Below are positions 37,301-45,000 of a stretch of 50,194 nucleotides of DNA, piece after piece; the first letter of the stretch is position 1, and every line of letters begins with the position of its first letter. The DNA comes from Chthoniobacterales bacterium (GTDB taxonomy: Bacteria > Verrucomicrobiota > Verrucomicrobiia > Chthoniobacterales > UBA10450), in assembly GCA_013812515.1 (NCBI GenBank), contig JACCTI010000005.1:1-50194 (forward strand), in the 5' to 3' direction. The position numbers and the translations under genes were made by a program. A model generated the notes under the pieces. It was not told the DNA's origin and searched no databases. It saw only the letters and a program-made list of their open reading frames with translations.

Positions 37301-38209
37301 ATGACTGAGCTGGGATTGTTTCCGTCAGACGGGGGCGCGGTGAAAGCGTCTCCCGTTTCGGGAAAAAACCGCACGGAATTCCAACTGCATAACGAAGACT
37401 GCATCGCCGGAATGGCGCGTCTTGCGGACGATTCCGTCGAATTGGTGGTTACCTCGCCGCCTTACAATCTCGGACTTCGCTACGGGAAATACCGGGATAA
37501 GGAGGAGCGCCCGGAATACCTGCTGTGGTGCGCGGAATGGGCGGCGCAAATTCGCCGGGTTCTGAAGCCGCTCGGTTCTTTTTTCCTAAACGTCGGCGCG
37601 TCGCCGAAGAATCCATTCCTGCCGCATGAAATCGTGCTTGGGCTGCGCGCGACGTTCGTGTTGCAAAACACGATCCACTGGATCAAAGCCATTACGATCG
37701 ACGAAAACGAGGAGGCGCCATGGTCGCGGGGCCATTTCAAACCCATCAACTCACCGCGTTACCTCAACGATTGCCACGAGTACGTTTTTCATCTCACACC
37801 CTCGGGCGCGACGGCGGTGGATCGCCTCGCGCTTGGCGTGCCGTATCAGGACAAGAGCAACATCGCGCGTTGGAGTCACACCGGCGGAAGCGATCTGCGT
37901 TGCCGCGGCAACACCTGGTTCGTGCCTTACAAGACGATCATGAGCCGCAACAAAGAACGGCCGCATCCCGCGACGTTCCCGGTCGAGCTGGCGGTGAATT
38001 GCATTAAGCTGCATGGCGTCAGCCGCGCGCAGACGATGCTCGATCCTTTTCTTGGGATCGGGAACTCCGCCCTGGCTGCTCAACAATGCGGCGTGGCGAA
38101 ATTCATCGGCTTCGAAATTGACGATCAGTACTTGGCCGAGGGGAAACGGCGGATAGGAGCACATGCAGCCTCGCTTGTGCCGCCAGCGGGCGTCTCGCCT
38201 GCTGGTTGA
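37301..38209 (+). CDS. beta-class N4-cytosine/N6-adenine DNA methyltransferase (PF01555-type), no cognate nuclease nearby
   Basis: Catalytic motif IV VTSPPY precedes the C-terminal SAM motif I DPFLGIGNSALAAQQCG. HPATFPVEL is also present. Confidence 0.85.
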   Translation: MTELGLFPSDGGAVKASPVSGKNRTEFQLHNEDCIAGMARLADDSVELVVTSPPYNLGLRYGKYRDKEERPEYLLWCAEWAAQIRRVLKPLGSFFLNVGASPKNPFLPHEIVLGLRATFVLQNTIHWIKAITIDENEEAPWSRGHFKPINSPRYLNDCHEYVFHLTPSGATAVDRLALGVPYQDKSNIARWSHTGGSDLRCRGNTWFVPYKTIMSRNKERPHPATFPVELAVNCIKLHGVSRAQTMLDPFLGIGNSALAAQQCGVAKFIGFEIDDQYLAEGKRRIGAHAASLVPPAGVSPAG

Positions 38210-38231
38210 GGAGACAGGCGAGACGCCTGTC
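38189..38231. repeat. palindromic repeat with stem GACAGGC/GCCTGTC, related to the hairpins flanking the carB insert (different loop)
   Basis: GGCGTCTCGCCTG (38189-38201) is the reverse complement of CAGGCGAGACGCC (38215-27). The local hairpin is GACAGGCG-AGA-CGCCTGTC (38213-38231). Spans the methyltransferase stop codon, between convergent genes. Confidence 0.5.
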
Positions 38232-38260
38232 GGCCGCACAGCAGGGACGGCCGTGCTCCG

Positions 38261-39304
38261 CTACGCCTGCTCCGGTCGAGCGGCAAATTTATCCAGCGGC
38301 TTGACAAGATTTCCCGGCAGCGGACGGACGCGATCGTAGATTCGCTCGGCGATTGGCTTCGCAACCAGATAACCGGCCGCGAACATCTCCAGCCGCGCAT
38401 CCATGTTATCGATGTAGTTCAGCGCCATCGCTTCGGGCGTTTTCGGACTAACGGGCGATCCAAACTGCGGCTCGCCGTGATGCGCGCCGATGAGATGCAG
38501 CAGATGCAGACGCACATCCTCGGAAGCTGGCGACAGACCACTCCATGTCTTGGCCACATCTGATGCCTGCACCTTCCGCCACAATGAATTTACCAGCTCC
38601 AAGCCAATGGAGATGTGGCCCATCAACTCCCCGCGTTCATCGAATCCCATCGTGAAACCCGTCTCGGGCAAATGATTTTCCCAAAGCTTTCCGGCATCGT
38701 GAAAAAGAATGCCGGCGATGAGTAAATCGAGATTGAGCTGCGGATACAGGGGCGCGACCTGCTCGGCCACGCGCATCATCTGCGCAGTATGTTCCACGAG
38801 ACCGCCGCGGCGCGCATGATGATAACTGCGCGCTCCGGCCGTGCGACGGAAGCGCTCGCCAAATTCGCCCAGGAACGCTGCGGATAATTCCCGCAGCCGC
38901 GGATCACCGATCGCACTCACGCGCGCAGTCAGGTGGTTCCAATCGGCTGATTGTTTAGCGCGCAGCTCTGGCGGACCGGAAAGAAGGTCCGACACTTCCT
39001 CACTCGTTAGGGCACGAACCTTCCACTGTTTCGCTTCGAGCCCGAACTGCTGATGCTGCGCAAACTCTCCGTTCAATTCGACAAAGTCAGAGGCCTGCAG
39101 CGACTCGCACGCGCGGTAATCCGAATGATCGCTCCAGACGCGCAAGAGCATGCGGTCGCATGCATCCGCCAGCGCCAGTTCGCAGTAAGGCTTGCCTTCA
39201 CGGGTTGATTTCGCCTCCGCCGCGCTCACCTGCACGTGAATGCGCGCTGAGAGCGGCCCTTTGTGCGCGCAGCGCCTAACGTCGCTGATGGTCAGCAGTT
39301 CCAT
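38261..39304 (-). CDS. OB-fold plus HD-domain protein, YhaM-like 3'-5' exoribonuclease
   Basis: N-terminal OB fold (…KPYCELALADA...LLRVWSD), then the HD domain HHARRGGLVEHT...LFHDAGKLWE...HHGE. Confidence 0.75.
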   Translation of the reverse strand: MELLTISDVRRCAHKGPLSARIHVQVSAAEAKSTREGKPYCELALADACDRMLLRVWSDHSDYRACESLQASDFVELNGEFAQHQQFGLEAKQWKVRALTSEEVSDLLSGPPELRAKQSADWNHLTARVSAIGDPRLRELSAAFLGEFGERFRRTAGARSYHHARRGGLVEHTAQMMRVAEQVAPLYPQLNLDLLIAGILFHDAGKLWENHLPETGFTMGFDERGELMGHISIGLELVNSLWRKVQASDVAKTWSGLSPASEDVRLHLLHLIGAHHGEPQFGSPVSPKTPEAMALNYIDNMDARLEMFAAGYLVAKPIAERIYDRVRPLPGNLVKPLDKFAARPEQA

Positions 39305-39524
39305 TTCGAACCCCACGATAACTGCATCCCGCGTCCGCGGCACAAAGAGATTAAGTCGGGCACTTCCCGAGCTTCGCCCTCACCCTACCCTCACCGCAGA
39401 GAGACGACGGACGCGAACAGCGCCAAGGGAGGATGGTGCGGCATTCAATTGTACGCCATTTCAAACCCAAAGCGCTATCGTCGCTTGGGCAGCGACCCGG
39501 CACGCCCCTAACAGCGAATGGCGA

Positions 39525-39549
39525 CCGGGCTCACCGCGCCGGCTACAAC
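39525..39549 (-). repeat. single family A-like palindromic repeat abutting the sodC stop
   Basis: The reverse complement reads GTTGTAGCCGGCGCGGTGAGCCCGG. Confidence 0.45.
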
Positions 39550-39550
39550 A

Positions 39551-40081
39551 TCACTGCTTTGCGACGCCAATCACGCCGCACGCGAGACGGCCGCCGGCAT
39601 CGCCTGTGGGTTGTGTTTTCAGGTCGTCGGCTTTCTCGTGCACGATCACGGCATGACCCAGGATTGAATCATTGCCGCTCAGCTTCATCGATTTGTCAGT
39701 CAACTCCAGATGCGCTTTGCCGGACGGGTCCGCCTCGATGTTTCCCAGGTCACCCGCGTGCCGGTCGCTCGCGTCAGGCGCGCCATGTTGATGCTTGGTC
39801 GGATTAAAATGGCCGCCGGCCGAAGTCGCATCGGGTGCCGAGCAATCTCCGAATTCATGAACGTGGAAGCCGTGCTTGCCGGGCGTCAGGCCGCTGATGT
39901 CCGCAACTACGTTCACATCTTCGCCGGACCTGGTGAACGTAACCATGCCGGTGACTTTGCTGTTTGAGGCTGATTGCAAGACGGCGACTGCTTTTTGCAC
40001 ATCATCCGCCGCGTGCGTCACGGCTGCGGAAGAGCAAAGTGCGAAATAGCAAGCGAGGAGGAAGCGCAGATTGGATTTCAT
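39551..40081 (-). CDS. sodC: periplasmic Cu,Zn superoxide dismutase
   Basis: Signal peptide MKSNLRFLLACYFALCSSAAVTHA. HGFHVHEFGDC, GGHFNP, HAGDLGN, HEKADD..TQPTG.AG.R.ACGVI. Confidence 0.9.
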   Translation of the reverse strand: MKSNLRFLLACYFALCSSAAVTHAADDVQKAVAVLQSASNSKVTGMVTFTRSGEDVNVVADISGLTPGKHGFHVHEFGDCSAPDATSAGGHFNPTKHQHGAPDASDRHAGDLGNIEADPSGKAHLELTDKSMKLSGNDSILGHAVIVHEKADDLKTQPTGDAGGRLACGVIGVAKQ

Positions 40082-40137
40082 AAGGGGACGATACACCCGC
40101 ACCTTTCGCCCTGTAAAATGAAGGCTAACATTCAACG

Positions 40138-40261
40138 TGTCATCCCGAGTCGCGCAGACGGCGAGGGACCTCGCATGGGCTGCTTGACCACGCTTCTCAG
40201 GCGCGTGACACCGACGGCAGGTGCGGGGTCTTCGGCGCGCTTCGCCTGCCTCAGGTGGACA
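40138..40261. repeat. second, shorter copy (124 bp) of the TGTCATCCCGAG MITE-like element
   Basis: Shares the 5' 40 nt and internal blocks with 3746-3912. The 3' terminus CTCAGGTGGACA is a degenerate inverted repeat. Confidence 0.45.
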
Positions 40262-40280
40262 TGAGAGAGCGTACTTGTGC

Positions 40281-41195
40281 TCAATCTATCAGCCGTTGCT
40301 CGATCCCACCATACGCGTCGATGCGACGGTCCCGCAAAAACGGCCAGTGCGTGCGGTGCTTGTCGATTGCTCCCCAGGTGACATCAGCCATTACGATCTC
40401 TTCGCTATCGACGCTGCCCTTCGCGAGGATCTCGCCACTCGGTGCGCAGAGGAAGCTTTGGCCCCAGAACTCAATGCCCGGTCCGCCCACTGGCGCTTCG
40501 TGGCCGACGCGATTGACCGCCGCCACATAGCAGCCGTTCGCGATCGCATGACTGCGCTGCATCGTCTCCCAACTCGAGTGCTGCGCGTTGCCGTATTTCT
40601 CCTTCTCTGCCGGGTGCCATCCGATCGCGGTGGGATAAAACAGAAGCTGGGCGCCGCGCAACGCGGTCAGCCGCGCCGCTTCCGGATACCACTGGTCCCA
40701 GCAAACACAGACGCCGATGTTCCCGTGCTGCGTGGGCCAGGCTTTGAACCCGAGATCGCCGGGCGTGAAGTAAAACTTCTCGTAGAAGGCCGGGTCATCC
40801 GGGATGTGCATTTTGCGATACTTCCCGATGAACTTGCCGTCCGCGCCGATGATGGCGGCGGTGTTATGATAAACGCCGGCCGCGCGTTTCTCGAAGAGCG
40901 ACGCGACGATCACAAGTTTGTTATCGCGCGCAACTTCGCCTAACGAGTCGGTAGTTGGTCCGGGCACTTCCTCCGCGAGCGCGAAGTTCGCGTGATCTTC
41001 CGATTGGCAGAAATATTGCGAGCGAAACAGCTCGGGGAGACAGACAATCTGCGCGCCTTTGGCAGCGGCATCACGGATGAAGGTGATCGCTCGTTCCAGA
41101 TTCGCGGCCGGATCAGGGATGCACCGCATCTGCACCAGGGCGACCTTTGTAGCGGCGGTCTGTGACCGCCCGCTTTTTTCATCCACTTCAGTCAC
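40281..41195 (-). CDS. aguB: N-carbamoylputrescine amidase (carbon-nitrogen hydrolase family)
   Basis: KVALVQM, LPELF, the catalytic triad context (E…K…CWDQWYPE), and the YRKMHIPD.P.Y.EK.YF.PG motif typical of AguB. Confidence 0.85.
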   Translation of the reverse strand: MTEVDEKSGRSQTAATKVALVQMRCIPDPAANLERAITFIRDAAAKGAQIVCLPELFRSQYFCQSEDHANFALAEEVPGPTTDSLGEVARDNKLVIVASLFEKRAAGVYHNTAAIIGADGKFIGKYRKMHIPDDPAFYEKFYFTPGDLGFKAWPTQHGNIGVCVCWDQWYPEAARLTALRGAQLLFYPTAIGWHPAEKEKYGNAQHSSWETMQRSHAIANGCYVAAVNRVGHEAPVGGPGIEFWGQSFLCAPSGEILAKGSVDSEEIVMADVTWGAIDKHRTHWPFLRDRRIDAYGGIEQRLID

Positions 41196-41238
41196 AGTTC
41201 GAAATAAGAGTTTCCGCGGTCACAGACCGCCGCTACAC
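41146..41238. repeat. REPIN-like inverted pair, family B (TGTAGCGGCGGTCTGTGACCGCC), bracketing the aguB start codon
   Basis: Arms at 41146-41173 and 41216-41238 contain a perfect 21-nt reverse-complement match. The ATG at 41193-41195 lies in the loop. The inner arm encodes residues GRSQTAATK of the annotated N-terminus. Confidence 0.6.
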
Positions 41239-41267
41239 GATCAGCTACAACGGTGTCCGGTGCGGCG

Positions 41268-41906
41268 CTATTTCACGGAATCGGCTGGCACGATTTTGAT
41301 GCTCTCAACCGCGACTCGCTTTGTCGGTTTACTCTTTTCGCCGCCGGCGCTCATTGTCGTCTCGATGTCGCCAAGCTTCCCGAGCACGTCATCACCTTTG
41401 ATCACTTTGCCGAAGGTTGTGTATTGGCCATCCAGCCGCTTCACATTCTCCAGACAGATGAAAAACTGACTGCCGGCGGAATCCGGATCGCTCGAGCGCG
41501 CCATCGAAAGCACCCCGCGCTCGTGCGAGCGCTTATTAAATTCGGCTTTGACCTTATAACCGGGATCGCCCGTGCCCCAGCGGCTTTCTTTCGAAGGATC
41601 CTTCGTGAGCGGATCGCCGCCCTGAACCATGAAGCCTTTCACGATGCGGTGAAACGCGGTGCCGTCGTAGAATCCCTGGCGCGCGAGCTTCTTGAAATTT
41701 TCCACCGTGTTCGGCGCCACGTCCGGCCAGAACTCCGCGACCATTTCGCCCTCGCTGGTTTGAATGACGGCGACTTCGTTGGTTGCGGGGCTGGGTGATG
41801 TGCTCATTGCTGGTGAAGGTGAAGGGGTGGTGGTTTCGTCCTGGCTAAAGGCGGGTGCCGCGGCGAGGAGGAGCCCCGCGAGACAACCGAGCATGATCGA
41901 TTTCAT
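41268..41906 (-). CDS. secreted cyclophilin-type peptidyl-prolyl cis-trans isomerase
   Basis: Signal peptide MKSIMLGCLAGLLLAAAPAFS. FHRIVKGFMVQGGDP, LSMARS..PDSAGSQFFI, and GKV motifs. Confidence 0.9.
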   Translation of the reverse strand: MKSIMLGCLAGLLLAAAPAFSQDETTTPSPSPAMSTSPSPATNEVAVIQTSEGEMVAEFWPDVAPNTVENFKKLARQGFYDGTAFHRIVKGFMVQGGDPLTKDPSKESRWGTGDPGYKVKAEFNKRSHERGVLSMARSSDPDSAGSQFFICLENVKRLDGQYTTFGKVIKGDDVLGKLGDIETTMSAGGEKSKPTKRVAVESIKIVPADSVK

Positions 41907-41917
41907 GCGGGCAATGC

Positions 41918-42089
41918 TAACGTTCAACGCCCAACGTTCAACGTCCAACGCTGGAATGGGCCGCAGACGCGGCCACGCGGCGGGGATGGGTTGGGAGCCC
42001 TGCAAACTGAAAAAGAGAACGAACGCCGAACGTCGAGGTGTGGAGGACACCCGGTTCGTCATCATACCTGGCATTCGACGTTCGGCGTT
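41918..42089. repeat. AACGT-rich repeat cluster: 14-nt tandem units (41918-41953) and a 15-nt perfect inverted repeat (42022-42036 / 42075-42089) spanning the carB stop
   Basis: TAACGTTCAACGCC CAACGTTCAACGTC CAACGCT. AACGCCGAACGTCGA and its exact reverse complement TCGACGTTCGGCGTT. A related CCAACGTCGAACGTCGAC occurs at 20254-20271. Confidence 0.5.
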
Positions 42090-45000
42090 TCTTTCTGTTC
42101 CCGTTCCATCGCGTGATATTCCTGGAGGCTCTTTACCGAAACACCATGGGACTGAAGCGCGCGAATGCCGGTCACGCTCGCGTGCGCTGCGCGCATTGTC
42201 GTGATAATCGGGATTTTGTTCGATCGCGCGCCGCTGCGCATTTTCAGCTCATCCTCGCGCGGGATTTTTCCGCTCGGCGTATTGATAATTAGCTGCACAT
42301 CACCGTTCGTGATGCGGTCGAGCACGTGCGGGCGACCTTCGCGCAATTTGAAGACGCGCGTCACGGGCACGCCGGCTGCGGCGAGGGTCGCAGCGGTTCC
42401 GCTGGTCGCGATGATGCCGAACCCGAGAGCGGTGAAGTCGCGCGCCAGGGGAACGACCCGCGCTTTGTCGGCGTCTTTCACGCTGATGAAGATGTTGCCG
42501 GATTTTGGCAGCGGAGGCGGCGCAGCCATCTGTGCTTTGGCGTAGGCGCGGCCCAGATCGACATCGATTCCCATTACTTCGCCGGTCGACTTCATTTCGG
42601 GACCGAGAGCTGTATCGCTGCCTTGATACCGAAGGAACGGGAACACCGGCGCTTTGACCGAGAAGTGTTTCGGAACGACTTCCTTCGTAAAGCCGAGTTC
42701 CGATAGCGTCTTCCCCGCCATCACTTTCGCGGCCAGCTTCGCGAGCGGCACCCCGATTGCCTTGCTTACGAATGGGGCCGTGCGGGACGCGCGCGGATTC
42801 ACCTCCAACACGTAGACGTCTTCGTCTTTCACGGCGAACTGCACATTCATCAAGCCGCGAACCTCCAGCTCCCGGGCCATCGCTTTGGTCGCAGCCGAAA
42901 TCTCGTCCAGGACGTGTCGCGACAATGAAAACGTAGGGATCGCACAAGCGCTGTCGCCGCTATGAATTCCGGCGAGTTGCACGTGTTCCATGATCGCGCC
43001 GAGCACCGCGATTTCACCATCCGCGATGCAGTCGACATCCACTTCAATGGCATCCTCGAGGAAGCGATCCACCAGCACTGGCCGATCTGCGCTGACCTCG
43101 ACTGCGTTCTCCATGTAACGGCGGAGATCGTGGTCGTTGTAGATCAGTTCCATCGCGCGTCCGCCCAGAACGAACGACGGCCTAACGAGCACCGGATACC
43201 CAATCCGATCCGCGATCGCGAGGGCTTCTTCCGCGTCGAGAGCAGAGCCGCTCGGCGTCTGCCGAAGCCCGAGCTTGTCCAGCATCGCGGCGAAGAGTCT
43301 GCGGTCTTCAGCTTTCTCGATACTTTCGGGCTGGGTTCCGACGATCGGCACATTCGCGGCCCGCAGGCCGGCCGCCAGGTTAAGTGGCGTTTGTCCGCCG
43401 AATTGCACGATCACGCCTTCCGGCTGCTCCTGATCGTAAATGTTCAGGACGTCTTCCAGCGTGAGTGGCTCGAAGTAGAGTTTGTCGCTTGTGTCGTAAT
43501 CGGTCGAGACCGTCTCGGGATTCGAATTGACCATGATGGTCTCGAACCCGAGCTCGCGCAGCGCGAAGGCCGCGTGCACGCAGCAGTAATCGAACTCGAT
43601 GCCTTGCCCGATGCGATTGGGTCCGCCGCCTAGAATCATGATCTTGCGACGATCCGTCCGGCGCATCTCGTTCTCGCTGCCGTAGGTGGAGTAGTAGTAT
43701 GGCGTGTAGGCCTCGAACTCTGCGGCGCAGGTGTCGACGAGGCGGTAAGTGGGGAGGACGCCGAGATCTTTTCGTAACGCGCGCACCTGCTCGTCGCTCA
43801 TGTTCCATGCGACAGCGAGTTGGCGATCGGAGAAACCGAGCTTCTTCGCGCGGCGAATGGTTTGGAGGTCAGGCTTCCAGCCTGACTCGGCCAGCGGGCT
43901 TCCAGCCTGCCGGCTCAGCTCAGCGCCATCCCGCACCGCCCCCCGCGATTCTAAAACAAATTCGCCCGCCTTTAGACCAGCTTTCACCGGGTTTCTTGCG
44001 ACATACTCACGGCAGACCGCGAGGTGCGAAGCATCTCGTACGATCGTGTCGAAGCTCTCTTCCATCCAAAACGTGCCGGCCTGATGGAGGACGCGATTGA
44101 TCTCATTAGCCGAGTACGATTTCCAGGAATGTAGAATATCCGAAAGGGCGCTCGCGCCGAGAGGCTTCGCGATCGCATGGACGTGATTCGGCATCACGAC
44201 GAAGGAATCCAGGAGATAACGTTCCGAGTCGAAGTGCCGCAGCGCGTTCGCGACGATCCTCGCAGCGCCGGGCTCTCGCAGCAGACAAGAGCCATGACCT
44301 TGGTCGAGCCATTCTTCGCGGCTTTCCTCGCAAAGCCGAATGTAAGCTCTGGTGGCCTGCCAGTCCCACGGAGGAGGATGGTGCTGAAGCCACTGTTCGC
44401 GTTCTTCCCGCCATCGCTGGAGGACGTTCGCCGCGACGGAATCGTTGAGCCGGAAAGTGACGAAATAGGTCGCTCCCTGCTGTTCCCAATGAGGAAGATT
44501 ACGGCGCGTTTGCTTGATTTCGCCGTGCGGATTGAACGGTTGGAAACAACAGGCTGGAAGCCTGTCGCCCGAGTCAGGCTGGAAGCCTGACTTCCGTTCC
44601 GGCGAGATGTCCGCCGGCTGGACAGGCGCATCGGCAGTGCTCCGCGCTTTAGCGTCGGCAGTCGCGACACTCCGCAGCCTCTCCGCTTCCTCAACGATCT
44701 GCCGAATGTTGTGCAGGAACCAGCGGTCGATCTTCGTCGCATCGAACACCTCGTCGATCGACATGCCGTCCTGAAAAGCCTGCGCGACATGGAAGATGCG
44801 CTCGGCATTTGGAACGGTGAGCCTGACCCGCAGTGTCTCGGGGTCAACGCGCTTTTCATTCCCGTCGCCGCACAAGCCAAAGCGTTTGATTTCGAGCGAA
44901 CGCAGCGCTTTTTGCAGGGCCTCCTTGAAGGTGCGCCCAATCGCCATCGCTTCGCCCACGCTTTTCATCTGCGTCGTCAGCGTAGCGTCGGCTTGCGGGA

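Noticed and set aside
37301-39304. The DNA methyltransferase plus HD-domain protein as a restriction-modification or defence pair.
   Set aside because: The genes are convergent. The HD protein has the OB-fold plus HD layout of YhaM-type 3'-5' exoribonucleases, not a restriction endonuclease or defence nuclease architecture.
43868-44665. Whether the carB insertion could be an intein.
   Set aside because: There is no Cys/Ser/Thr at the N-terminal junction in a Hint block A context. There is no His-Asn followed by Cys/Ser/Thr at the C-terminal junction; the sequence there is ...SGWKPD/LQT. The insert instead has HUH and Tyr transposase motifs and is flanked by DNA hairpins.
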